Source: Spirochaetales bacterium (GTDB taxonomy: Bacteria; Spirochaetota; Spirochaetia; JABEVK01). From it: a stretch of DNA of 64,000 bases. Positions 17,934 through 27,369 of the stretch are shown one piece after another (position 1 is the first letter of the stretch; the number at the start of each line of letters is the position of its first letter). A program made the translations under genes and the position numbers. The stretch is taken from contig JBAXAI010000005.1 of the NCBI GenBank assembly GCA_037142615.1, positions 1-64,000 of the forward strand, written 5' to 3'. Below the pieces are notes generated by a model. That model was not told the DNA's origin. It made no database searches and saw nothing but the letters and a program-made list of their open reading frames with translations.

Positions 17934-19052
17934 CTACCGCCGGGCCAAGACCTGGCTGGTCACCATCAGGTGGTCGATAATCATACCCGCGGCTCCGTAC
18001 GCCACGGCCTCGGTACCCAGCGACGAGTAGCGAATGGTGACGTCGGGATTGTTGCCATACGTCCAATTATCGCGGATGGCCTTCCACATCAGCGCGGGCG
18101 TGTCGACCTGAAAGCCTTCAATTGCTCCACCGAAAATCACCTGGTTTAAACTGAACGTGTTCACCATCAGCGCGATGTTGGAACACAACTCGCGCACAAC
18201 TTTGTCCTGCGCCAACGTGTTGGTGACCACCGTCGACACTTCTTCGTTGGGAAGCGCCAGTTGCGACCGCGAAGGGCTCGAGGCAAACACGCTTCGGAAC
18301 TCTCCGGCGGTGTATTCCTTTCCGTGCCGCACCTTGCCGTCGAGCACCACGCCGAAACCAATGCCCAGCCCGCCCGCATCATGATGGGAAATGGCGTCAC
18401 TGCGAAACTCGACCAGGGCAAACAGGAAGTCCTGCAGGTTTTGACTCTTGTGGAACGCCAGTTCACCCCACGCGCAGCAGTTGGCGTCGTTTTCGAGGTG
18501 AATGGGCACCCCCAGGCGCTGCGAAAGCTCCCTGGCAAGCGAAGTAGGTTCGAGGATATTGAGCGGTTGACTGCTGAGAATGACGCCATTGATCGGATCG
18601 ACCAGCCCGCTGACACCGACTCCGATCCCGATCAGCGGCCACGTAATGCCGGCAAACTCGGTCTGGAGCTGTTGGTACAATATGGCCATCGCATCGACAA
18701 GATTGGACTCGCGGAAGGCTCCCGGGCCCGAAACACGATGCAGGATTTCGCCCGAAAGGTCAGTGGCCAAGGCGATGAACGAGGTCGGCTGCAGTTCGAT
18801 CCCGATCACGTACCCAAAGTCCTTGGCAATCGAAAGCAGAATGGGCTTTCGGCCTCCCTGCCGGCTACCCTCGCCCTCTTCGATTTCATCGACGAGACGC
18901 TGGTCAATCAACTCCGAAACGATGTTGGTAATCGTCGAGGGGTCGAGCCCCAAGCGCTGGGCTATGTCGATTCGGCTGATCTTCGAGCTTTGCCAAATGG
19001 TCCAGAGAACTCGAGATGCGTTATTGACCTTGGTTTGCTTCACCCACGACAT
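17934..19052 (-). CDS. ROK-family (XylR/NagC-like) transcriptional regulator
   Basis: N-terminal wHTH (ISRIDIAQRLGLDPSTITNIV), GGRKP, ENDAN, AGEF; RBS before ATG 19052. Confidence 0.9.
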   Translation of the reverse strand: MSWVKQTKVNNASRVLWTIWQSSKISRIDIAQRLGLDPSTITNIVSELIDQRLVDEIEEGEGSRQGGRKPILLSIAKDFGYVIGIELQPTSFIALATDLSGEILHRVSGPGAFRESNLVDAMAILYQQLQTEFAGITWPLIGIGVGVSGLVDPINGVILSSQPLNILEPTSLARELSQRLGVPIHLENDANCCAWGELAFHKSQNLQDFLFALVEFRSDAISHHDAGGLGIGFGVVLDGKVRHGKEYTAGEFRSVFASSPSRSQLALPNEEVSTVVTNTLAQDKVVRELCSNIALMVNTFSLNQVIFGGAIEGFQVDTPALMWKAIRDNWTYGNNPDVTIRYSSLGTEAVAYGAAGMIIDHLMVTSQVLARR

Positions 19053-19073
19053 GATGGATCCCTCCGCCAGCTT

Positions 19074-19093
19074 GGTTGTTTTATCAAACAACC
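19074..19093. promoter_or_regulatory. Palindromic operator, probably bound by the ROK regulator
   Basis: GGTTGTTT-TATC-AAACAACC, about 20 nt upstream of the ROK start; resembles XylR-type operators. Confidence 0.55.
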
Positions 19094-19231
19094 ATCTCAG
19101 TCTTGGCTTTTTGGGGGCCCCTGTCAAGTCGAGAACTCCCTGACCGAAGCGTCTGAAGCGCCGCCGATGCGACGTATTTTGCCTTCTCGGCAGAAAATAG
19201 CTCTTTTTTCGACAAAATTGGGGGGCAACCC

Positions 19232-19436
19232 TTGACGTGTGGTGGCAATTGAATTATCGTCCACCAAGATGATTCATCCGAAAGGACTAATCGAATCTTT
19301 TCCTACCGCACGGCACTGTCTTCTGGAAACGTTAGTTCGCTTCTTGATCTGATCAGCCCCCAGCACGGAAAAGGGCTGATCGTTGATCAGCAGAACTGAC
19401 CCCTGGAACAAGAGTTCCAGAACCAAGGACCATCAA
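19232..19436 (+). promoter_or_regulatory. Sigma70-type promoter and ~170-nt structured 5' leader of the RRM gene
   Basis: TTGACG(19232)-17 nt-TATCGT(19255). Leader stems: TCC-GAAA-GGA within GATTC..GAATC, GATCAGCCC..GGGCTGATC, and CTGGAAC..GTTCCAG. Confidence 0.55.
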
Positions 19437-19733
19437 ATGGCCAAGAAAATCTACGTCGGTAACCTCAGTTACCACACCACCGAAGACTCGCTTCGCAACG
19501 GGTTCGCCCAGTTTGGCGAAGTCGTTTCGGCGAACATCGTCATGGACCGCTACACCGGTTCCAGCAAGGGCTTCGGCTTTGTGGAAATGGGTTCGGACCA
19601 GGCCGCCAATGCCGCGATCGCTGGCATGAACGGACAGGAAATGGACGGTCGCCAGCTTCGCGTGAACGAAGCCAACGACAAGCCCCGCCGCGAGGGCGGT
19701 GGCAACGGCGGCGGCGGCGGCGGTCGCTGGTAG
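19437..19733 (+). CDS. RRM RNA-binding protein with Gly-rich tail
   Basis: KIYVGNL (RNP2), KGFGFVEM (RNP1), LRVNEA, GGGGGGRW. Confidence 0.95.
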   Translation: MAKKIYVGNLSYHTTEDSLRNGFAQFGEVVSANIVMDRYTGSSKGFGFVEMGSDQAANAAIAGMNGQEMDGRQLRVNEANDKPRREGGGNGGGGGGRW

Positions 19734-19824
19734 TTTCGGCGAAAGGTCGCTGAAACTACCTCGGGGGCCCAAGAGGCGACTCTCCGGGCCACTCCTGAAT
19801 TGACAGCGTGCTGAACGTCGAAAG

Positions 19825-19849
19825 AACCACCCTTCGGGGTGGTTTTTTT
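19825..19849 (+). terminator. Rho-independent terminator
   Basis: AACCACCC-TTCG-GGGTGGTT followed by a T run. Confidence 0.85.
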
Positions 19850-19864
19850 ATGCCCCGACCCGCC

Positions 19865-20257
19865 TTAAGTCCGTACCAGCAACTTGACCAGGCCAATGCC
19901 CAACCAAAGGGCAACGAAGGGCAGCACCAGCGAGGCCAGCAAGTACAGGCCGCCAAAGGCCCATTCCCGGTCACGGAAGAAGTCGTTCATTTCGAGCATC
20001 AGCGTCGAGAGTGTGGTGAACCCACCACAAAAACCGGTGGTGAGGAACAGCCGGGCTTCGGGCGACAAGCCCAGTTTGGTCCCTGCCCACTCGGTGAAGA
20101 GCCCGATGAAGAAGCAGCCCAGCACATTGGCCCCCAGCGTGCCCCAGGGAAAGGCAACCACCGTGGGGTTGTCGCGGGGGATCGCGACGTTGAGGCCATA
20201 GCGGGCCACGGATCCGACCGCGCCACCAAGAGCCACGAGCAGGAAGTTCACAATCAT
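19865..20257 (-). CDS. crcB: Fluoride channel CrcB/FluC
   Basis: VALGGAVGSVARY, FPWGTLGANVLGCF, TGFCGGFTTLS; ATGA overlap with the upstream gene. Confidence 0.92.
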   Translation of the reverse strand: MIVNFLLVALGGAVGSVARYGLNVAIPRDNPTVVAFPWGTLGANVLGCFFIGLFTEWAGTKLGLSPEARLFLTTGFCGGFTTLSTLMLEMNDFFRDREWAFGGLYLLASLVLPFVALWLGIGLVKLLVRT

Positions 20258-20895
20258 TCGCTGAGGAACCAAGTCTGCCGCGCGTACTTCCCGTCGGTGG
20301 CGGTGGCCAACAGAAAGGCCGCGACGTCGGCCCGGGTTACTTGGCCCTTGGGCGTGCGTCCTTGAGGGAAGGAAGTCATCATCTTGCCCGTGCCACTGAG
20401 CGCCTGGCCGGTGGCCGGGGCATCCGTAAGGCCCGACGGCCGCACAATCACCCAATTGAGGGCGCTGGCGCGAAGTTGGTCTTCTTGCACGGCCTTGTCG
20501 TCCATCATCTTCTTCAGGAACAGATCACCGATCACGCGAAAGACCCAAGGCACGTCGTTGCGGCTGTTGCCCACGCCGAGCGAGGTCATGGCGACGACAG
20601 TCTTGGTTCCTGTTTTGCTGGCGGCCTGGACGATGAGATCGGTGACGCGCGAACACACATCGACCGGACCCCCTTTGACATTGCCCAGGGCGATCACGGC
20701 GGCTTCGCATCCGGTCAGCGTGGCCATCACACGGCCGCCGTCCAGGGCATCGCCGGCGACAAACTCGAGGCCAAAGGCAGGAGGGATCTTGTCGGGATCC
20801 CGAGCCAGAACCTTCACCTTGTGACCGGCGGCCAAAGCCAGCTGTACAACCAAGCGACCGGTCTTACCAGTGCCTCCAAAAACGGCAATCGTCAT
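20254..20895 (-). CDS. NAD(P)H-binding protein (flavin reductase/BVR-B-like atypical SDR)
   Basis: VFGGTGKTG, WVIVRPSGLTD, VTRADVA. Confidence 0.85.
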   Translation of the reverse strand: MTIAVFGGTGKTGRLVVQLALAAGHKVKVLARDPDKIPPAFGLEFVAGDALDGGRVMATLTGCEAAVIALGNVKGGPVDVCSRVTDLIVQAASKTGTKTVVAMTSLGVGNSRNDVPWVFRVIGDLFLKKMMDDKAVQEDQLRASALNWVIVRPSGLTDAPATGQALSGTGKMMTSFPQGRTPKGQVTRADVAAFLLATATDGKYARQTWFLSE

Positions 20896-20948
20896 CTTCG
20901 CCCTCCTGGATCCCAGTGATCCACCGCCAATATGCTACACTCGGGCCC

Positions 20949-21674
20949 ATGACGGCAACCAAGAGGCAGCTGACGGCATGGGCCGCGCTCAAGAACCGAA
21001 AGGATCGCGACGAGCAAGGCCTGTTCCTGGCCGAGGGTGTCAAACTAGTCGCCGACATCGTTGCCGCAGGTTGGGCCCTGGAAGCGTTGCTCGAGGTCGA
21101 GCCTTCCGCGCCGAACTCGGTTGAGGTTACCGCCGAGCAGATGGCCCGCGTGAGCGGTCTGAGAACTCCGGCGAGCCAATTGGCCGTGGTGAGGCGCCCG
21201 CCGGCTGCGGCTTCGGGCTATGTTCCGGGCAGTTTGGTGCTTTTGCTCGATGGCGTGCAGGATCCCGGCAACGTGGGAACCATTGTGCGTACAGCCGACT
21301 GGTTTGGGATTTCCCAGGTGGTCTGCAGCCCCGATACCGCCGACCCCTGGCAGCCCAAGGCGATCCAAGCCACCATGGGGGCCTTTTTGCGCGTGGACTG
21401 CCCGGTCGTCGGTCCTTTGTTGTATTTGCACGGCCTTCCGCCGGGAACCCCCGTGTTTGGCACTTTTTTGGAAGGCGAGAACCTTTTCACTGCCGACCTT
21501 CCAGCTTCGGGCGTTGTCGTGCTGGGCAATGAAGGACATGGAATCCGGCCCGAACTGGCGGCGAAAATAACCCGCCGGCTCACGATTCCCCGCTTTGGTG
21601 CGGGAGGCGAATCGCTCAATGTTGCCGCAGCAACGGCCCTCGTGGGGGCTGAATTTCGTCGGCATTTGCCTTAA
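20949..21674 (+). CDS. TrmH/SpoU RNA methyltransferase
   Basis: FLAEG, DPGNVGTIVRTA, GNEGHG, ESLNVA. Confidence 0.92.
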   Translation: MTATKRQLTAWAALKNRKDRDEQGLFLAEGVKLVADIVAAGWALEALLEVEPSAPNSVEVTAEQMARVSGLRTPASQLAVVRRPPAAASGYVPGSLVLLLDGVQDPGNVGTIVRTADWFGISQVVCSPDTADPWQPKAIQATMGAFLRVDCPVVGPLLYLHGLPPGTPVFGTFLEGENLFTADLPASGVVVLGNEGHGIRPELAAKITRRLTIPRFGAGGESLNVAAATALVGAEFRRHLP

Positions 21675-21683
21675 GCTGGGGCG

Positions 21684-22637
21684 ATGCACAAACGCCTCGG
21701 GTCCACGGGACTCCTCTTGCTCCTCAGTGTGGGGGCGTGGTCGATTGACCTGCACGTCGAAGTCAGTTCCGGGTTGTTGTTGGGGCAGGTGCACGAAATC
21801 GTGTACGTGCAGGGCGACCCCGCTCAAGCGGACTACAATACCTACCTCAGTGAACTGGTGTGGCCCCGGCCGTTGTCGGCGACGCTGGGCCTGAAAGGCA
21901 AGATCAACTGGTCACCTAACCTTTGGACCCAACTGGATTTGGGTGGATCGGTGGCTCTCATGAAGGGCACGATGACCGACAGCGACTGGAATGTGTATCT
22001 CGATGCTGACCATCCGCTGAACAACGTCTTCTCGGCCACTGACGCTTTTCTTTTGCAGGACGTAAGCCTTCAACTCGAGCAGGGGTGGGCCTTCGCGCCC
22101 GAGTCGCCCGGCTTGTCGGGTCTTTTGGGCGTTCAGGTACGCCAGCTTGCGTGGGAAAGCTGGACCGGCAGCCAGGGTGCGAAGCAAATCTGGACGCCCA
22201 TCGACACCACCATCACGCCGGTGTACTACGACCTCTGGGGAATGGTGATCACCTACCGCCAGATCAGCGTGGCACCCTATTTGGGCCTTCAGGACACGTG
22301 GTACCTCGCGCCGACCGACACCCCGGGCTGGGCGGTCACGGGCGCGTTCCGCTTGTCTCCGTTCTTGTACGTGGCCAGCACCGACTTTCATGTCGCCAGC
22401 AAGGTGTTCTTTGACCAAACCCTGGGTGGTTTCCAGCTAGAGCCCCGGGTCGAACTGGTCTGGAAGGAACCCCGTGGCAATGACTGGGGCCTGAGGCTTC
22501 TGGGAACCTATGCTGCGGGAGCGCGCGGGAATGATGTGCTCGTCTATGTGCGCTCGTCGAGCCCGGGCACCCTGATTCAGAACATCGTCGGCTCTGCCTG
22601 GGAGGATTGCCGGGTGGAACTATTCATGAGAAACTAA
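21684..22637 (+). CDS. Omptin-family outer-membrane beta-barrel protease (probable)
   Basis: Signal peptide; EIVY, LSELVW, GTMTDSDW (cf. the OmpT DxD pair), STDFH (cf. the OmpT D-x-H dyad). Confidence 0.65.
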   Translation: MHKRLGSTGLLLLLSVGAWSIDLHVEVSSGLLLGQVHEIVYVQGDPAQADYNTYLSELVWPRPLSATLGLKGKINWSPNLWTQLDLGGSVALMKGTMTDSDWNVYLDADHPLNNVFSATDAFLLQDVSLQLEQGWAFAPESPGLSGLLGVQVRQLAWESWTGSQGAKQIWTPIDTTITPVYYDLWGMVITYRQISVAPYLGLQDTWYLAPTDTPGWAVTGAFRLSPFLYVASTDFHVASKVFFDQTLGGFQLEPRVELVWKEPRGNDWGLRLLGTYAAGARGNDVLVYVRSSSPGTLIQNIVGSAWEDCRVELFMRN

Positions 22638-22661
22638 GGGCAGAACCCTAGGGAGACAAGC

Positions 22662-23624
22662 ATGCCAGAACAATTCATCGGCTTTGATTTGGGCGGAACC
22701 AAAATGATCGCGGGACTAGTCTCCGCGGACCAACAAGTGACCGGCAAGGTCAAACGCAAGAGCCTGACCCAGGAAGGGCCCGAGACCGTTTACAACGACA
22801 TCGTCGCGACCATCCAGGACGTGCTGCGCGAGAGCGGCAAAAAGGCCTCGGACATCAAGGCCCTCGGGATGTCGGTTCCCGGTATCATGGACCGCAAAAA
22901 GGGCATCATGGTGCGCTCGCCCAACATGGGTTTTTACGACTTTCCGCTGGTCGACCGGCTGCGCGCCGAGTTCGGCTTTCCCGTGGTGCTCGAAAACGAT
23001 GTCAATGCCGGCGTTTGGGGCGAGTTTGTCGCCGGGGCCGCCCGGGGCTACCAGCACGTGCTCGGCGTGTTCCCAGGGACCGGAATCGGGGGCGGCATCA
23101 TCGCCAACGGCCAGCTGTACGTGGGCGCGGGCGGCAATGCGGGCGAAATCGGCCACATGGTAGTGCAGCTCGAGGGCCCCCTGTGCGGCTGTGGGCAGCG
23201 GGGTTGCATCGAAGCTTTGGCCAGCCGTGCGGCCATGAGCAAAGAAGCCGCCGGCCTCGTCGCCAATGGCACACTCACGGGCGTGTATGCCGAAAACGGC
23301 GCCGACCTCAAGGCCATCAGCTCCAAGTTCTTCTCGCAGGGCCTCAAAGAAGACAACCCCCACGTCAAAGGCATCATCGACCGTGCGGCCGAGCTCCTGG
23401 GCGTGCACATCGGCGGGTGCATCAACCTGCTCAACCCGCAGTTGGTGCTTGTCGGCGGAGGTCTGGTCGAGAAACTGGGCGACTACTACCTCAAGCGCGT
23501 CGAAAAGGCCATGCGCAAGACGGCGTGGGCCTTCGTGGCCGCTGATGCCGAGGTGAAGGCCGCCACCCTGGGCGACAACGCCAGCCTCATCGGTAGCGCC
23601 GATCTGGCCCGCCGCAGCCTATGA
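22662..23624 (+). CDS. ROK-family sugar kinase (glucokinase-like)
   Basis: DLGGTK, ENDVN, GTGIGGG, GEIGH, CGCGQRGCIE. Confidence 0.9.
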   Translation: MPEQFIGFDLGGTKMIAGLVSADQQVTGKVKRKSLTQEGPETVYNDIVATIQDVLRESGKKASDIKALGMSVPGIMDRKKGIMVRSPNMGFYDFPLVDRLRAEFGFPVVLENDVNAGVWGEFVAGAARGYQHVLGVFPGTGIGGGIIANGQLYVGAGGNAGEIGHMVVQLEGPLCGCGQRGCIEALASRAAMSKEAAGLVANGTLTGVYAENGADLKAISSKFFSQGLKEDNPHVKGIIDRAAELLGVHIGGCINLLNPQLVLVGGGLVEKLGDYYLKRVEKAMRKTAWAFVAADAEVKAATLGDNASLIGSADLARRSL

Positions 23625-25150
23625 GTCCACGCCTGTTTGCCGTCATCAACGTCGGCTCGACGTTTGTGCGCCTCACCATTGCCGAGTTTCCCGAAGGCCG
23701 CGACATGCAGACCGTGGAGTCGGCCGTCAAGTTCATCGGGCTGGGGCAAGAGGTGTACACCGGCGGCGTGATCAAGAAGAAGACCATCGCCCAGGCGATA
23801 CAGATCTTTTTGCAGTACAAGGAATTGCTGGAGTCTTACCAGTTGCCGCCTCGGGATGTGCGCGTTATCGGGACGGCCGCTCTGCGCGAGGCCCGCAACC
23901 GCGACAACTTCATCGACCGGATCGAGGTGCGCACCGGGTTCCGCATCGAAGTGCTCGATGGCATTGAAGAAAACCGCCTGAGCTACATGGCGGTGCAGTA
24001 CGCGCTCAAGGACCAGTGGGCGCAGATTGCCAAGTACAACTCGATGATTGTTGAGGTCGGGGGCGGCTCCACCGAACTGCTGCTGTTGCGCCGAGGCATG
24101 ATTTGCGCCGTGCATTCGCTCAACTTCGGTACCGTGCGCCTCGAGGCCGCCTATCGGGGCAAGCAGATGGAGGCCATCACCCCGCAGACGCTGCGCCAGA
24201 GCTTAGGCACCACCAAGGAACTGCTCGACGACGAGCTTAAACTCAGCACGGTGAAAAACTTCATCGCCGTGGGCAACTACGCGCGCCTGGCCGCCGAAAT
24301 CAGCGAGGCCGCCGAAAGCGACCGCTACTGGCGCATCAACAAGACGCAGTGGTTGCAGCTGACTCACGTGATCCATCGCCTTTCCACCGAAGAAATTGTG
24401 CGTCGCTACGGCATCCCGGCCTCGGCAGTCGAGGGCTTTGGCAGCGCCCTGCTGTCGTTCTACTACCTGCTCGAAGACACCGCCGCCGAAGAGGTCTTCA
24501 TTCCGCGCGTCGGGTACAGCGAGGGCCTTTTGGTCGAGCTGGGCCCGGGCGTCGACGAAGAGATTCACAACCGCTTTTTGCAGCAGGTCCGCGCCGGCGC
24601 GCTCAGTTTGGGCAAGAAGTACCACTTTGACCCCGAACACGCCAAACACGTCACCGACATGGCCCTCGAGATCTTCGACCAGATGAAAAAGGACCACAAC
24701 CTCGACCCGCGCAGCCGGCTTCAGCTCGAAGTGGCGGCGATTTTGCACGACATCGGCACCTACATCAAACCTTCCGGCCACCACAAGCACGGCCAGTACT
24801 TGGTGCAGAACAGCGAAATCTTTGGCCTCAACGCGCGCGACATCACCATCGTGGGCAACGTGGTGCGCTACCACCGCAAGAGCCCGCCCACGTCGAGCCA
24901 CATCGAGTACTTCAACTTACCGAGGGAAGACCGGTTGGTCATCCTGAAACTGGCAGCCATCCTGAGGCTGGCCGACTCACTCGACCGGGGCCACGCCCAG
25001 AAGATTCGCAACCTGCGGCTCGAGCGCAAGGACGACGAAATGCGCATTCACGCGGACTACACCATCGACGTGGCTCCCGAGCGCTTCAGCCTGACCGATA
25101 AGGCCGACATGTTCGAAGACGTTTTCGGCTACCGCGTCACGTTGATCTGA
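23621..25150 (+). CDS. ppx: Exopolyphosphatase Ppx/GppA with HD domain
   Basis: INVGS, GTAALREARN, EVGGGSTE, LHDIG, HHKHG; adjacent to ppk1. Confidence 0.88.
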   Translation: MSPRLFAVINVGSTFVRLTIAEFPEGRDMQTVESAVKFIGLGQEVYTGGVIKKKTIAQAIQIFLQYKELLESYQLPPRDVRVIGTAALREARNRDNFIDRIEVRTGFRIEVLDGIEENRLSYMAVQYALKDQWAQIAKYNSMIVEVGGGSTELLLLRRGMICAVHSLNFGTVRLEAAYRGKQMEAITPQTLRQSLGTTKELLDDELKLSTVKNFIAVGNYARLAAEISEAAESDRYWRINKTQWLQLTHVIHRLSTEEIVRRYGIPASAVEGFGSALLSFYYLLEDTAAEEVFIPRVGYSEGLLVELGPGVDEEIHNRFLQQVRAGALSLGKKYHFDPEHAKHVTDMALEIFDQMKKDHNLDPRSRLQLEVAAILHDIGTYIKPSGHHKHGQYLVQNSEIFGLNARDITIVGNVVRYHRKSPPTSSHIEYFNLPREDRLVILKLAAILRLADSLDRGHAQKIRNLRLERKDDEMRIHADYTIDVAPERFSLTDKADMFEDVFGYRVTLI

Positions 25151-25157
25151 GGGAAAC

Positions 25158-27281
25158 ATGGAACAACAATACGAGTTTTTGAACCGTGAAATGAGCTGGA
25201 TCGACTTCAACCGCCGGGTGCTCGACGAGGCGCGCCAGCCCGGGGTCCCGGTCCTCGAGAAGATCAAGTTCCTGTCGATTGTCAGCAGTAACTTCGATGA
25301 GTTCTTTATGGTGCGCGTGGCTTCGCTGCGTCGGGCCATCAAGGGAGGGGATCGGCCCGCCAATGCCCACGCCGAGGCGCCGTCGATCACCTTGCGCAAT
25401 GTGCAGGACCGGTGCCGCGAAACCTATCGCGAACAATACGGCCTGTGGAGTGCGCTGTCGTCGCAGCTGACCAATCTCGGCGTCAGGTACGTGACCCCGA
25501 GCGAGTTCACGCAGGAGCACCTGCAGTATGTGCGCGAGTTTCACCACAAGGAACTGTTCAACGTGCTGTCGCCGGTCAAGGTCGAGGAAAAGCGCCCCTT
25601 CCCGTTCACCGGCAACCTGCGCATGAACCTGGCCTTCCTCGTGGCCCCCATCGCCGACATCCAGTTCGACCCGGCCGAGTGCAAAATGTTCGTGGTCGAG
25701 ATTCCCCCTTACCTCAGCCGTATCGTGTGGCTGCCCGAAACCCGGGGGGGCCGCAGCTTCACGTTCATCGAAGACGTGGTGGCGGCGCTGGCCAACGACC
25801 TGGTGCCCGGCTATCGCATCGTCGATCGGCTGACTTTTCGCATCACGCGCGATGCCGACATCCCCGTCGACGAGGAAAAAGAAGAAGACTTTGTCGAGGC
25901 CATGACCAAGATTCTACGAGGCCGCCTGCATTCCAACCCGATGCGGCTCGAGGTGAACGGGGGCTCGCCGGAACTGCTGTCGCGCCTCATCCAGGCCCTC
26001 GACGTTGAGCCTTCGCTGGTCTATTCGTTCGACGGCCCTCTCAACCTGAAAGACCTGATGAGCCTGGCGCTGATGCCCGGTCACGACGAACTCAAGTACC
26101 CCGTTTGGAACAGCCGCCGTACCCTGCCCGACGACGAGGATGTGTGGGAACTCATCCGGCAAGAAGACCGCCTGCTCTACCATCCCTACGAGTCATTCAG
26201 CCCGCTGGTGCGCCTGCTGTCCGAGGCCGCCATTGACCCCAATGTGCTTTCAATTCGCATGACGCTCTACCGCACTTCTGGCGATTCGCCCATTGTGCAG
26301 GCGCTGGCGCAGGCCGCCATGGAAGGCAAGCAAGTTACGGTGCTGGTAGAACTTAAGGCCCGCTTTGACGAGCAGCAAAACCTCGGCTGGGCGCAAACTT
26401 TGGAGCAGGCGGGTGGCATCGTGATCTACGGAATCGCCGGGCTCAAGGTGCACGCCAAGGCCTGCCTCATCGTGCGCCGCGAAAGCGATGGCATCCGCCG
26501 CTACGCCCATCTCGGTACCGGCAACTACCACGACAAGACGGCGCGCCTGTACACCGACTTTGGCCTTTTGACCGCCCGCCCCGACTACACGCACGAGGTG
26601 GCGCAGTTTTTCAACGCGATTACCGGCTACTCGGCCATCAGCAAGATGCGCCACCTGATCATGGCGCCCCACTACCTCAAGGGCCGTCTGCTGGCGCTTA
26701 TCGACGGGCTGACGCGACAGGCAAAACTGGGGGTCGCCTGTTCCCTCACGGCCAAAATGAACTCGCTGGCCGACGACGACGTGATCAAGGCGCTCTACCG
26801 TGCTTCCGAGGCCGGCGTGGTGATCCGGCTCAACGTGCGCGGCATCTGCATGCTGGTGCCCGACAAGGCGTTCAGCCGAAACATCCGAGTGATCAGCATT
26901 GTCGACCGCTACCTGGAGCACGCCCGCGTGTTTGTGTTCCGCAGTGCAGAGATCGAAGACGTGTACCTCAGCAGCGCCGACTGGATGTTCCGCAACCTCG
27001 AACGCCGCGTCGAGCTGATGTTCCCCGTTTTGGCTGCCAACCTGAAAGAAAAGGTCACCGGCGCACTCGAGGTGCTATTTCGCGACAACCAAAAGAGTCA
27101 CACGTTGCAGAGCGACGGCACCTGGAAGCGGAGCCAGCCCGGCCTCGACGAAAACGGGGTGCTCGAAGAAGACCGCCGTGCCCAGGAGGTCTTTCATCGT
27201 CGCATACGCGAAGCCGCCGAGCTCGACCGTCAGGCCGTCAAGCACGATCTGGTGGTGAGGCGGAGGCCGAAGGGAGCTTGA
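25158..27281 (+). CDS. ppk1: Polyphosphate kinase 1
   Basis: NREMSWIDFN.RVL, DEFFMVRVA, HPYESF, LKVHAK, GTGNY, DRYLEH, SADWMFRN. Confidence 0.96.
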   Translation: MEQQYEFLNREMSWIDFNRRVLDEARQPGVPVLEKIKFLSIVSSNFDEFFMVRVASLRRAIKGGDRPANAHAEAPSITLRNVQDRCRETYREQYGLWSALSSQLTNLGVRYVTPSEFTQEHLQYVREFHHKELFNVLSPVKVEEKRPFPFTGNLRMNLAFLVAPIADIQFDPAECKMFVVEIPPYLSRIVWLPETRGGRSFTFIEDVVAALANDLVPGYRIVDRLTFRITRDADIPVDEEKEEDFVEAMTKILRGRLHSNPMRLEVNGGSPELLSRLIQALDVEPSLVYSFDGPLNLKDLMSLALMPGHDELKYPVWNSRRTLPDDEDVWELIRQEDRLLYHPYESFSPLVRLLSEAAIDPNVLSIRMTLYRTSGDSPIVQALAQAAMEGKQVTVLVELKARFDEQQNLGWAQTLEQAGGIVIYGIAGLKVHAKACLIVRRESDGIRRYAHLGTGNYHDKTARLYTDFGLLTARPDYTHEVAQFFNAITGYSAISKMRHLIMAPHYLKGRLLALIDGLTRQAKLGVACSLTAKMNSLADDDVIKALYRASEAGVVIRLNVRGICMLVPDKAFSRNIRVISIVDRYLEHARVFVFRSAEIEDVYLSSADWMFRNLERRVELMFPVLAANLKEKVTGALEVLFRDNQKSHTLQSDGTWKRSQPGLDENGVLEEDRRAQEVFHRRIREAAELDRQAVKHDLVVRRRPKGA

Positions 27282-27369
27282 AGGGGCACCCTAGCGGCCA
27301 TTTGTTGACACCAGCGGCGCATCCGGGGCAAAATCGGGCAAAGTTAATGCGCATACTTTCGGAGGACGT

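Noticed and set aside
20896-20948. Fluoride riboswitch upstream of the crcB operon
   Set aside because: The short intergenic region shows no recognisable riboswitch consensus.
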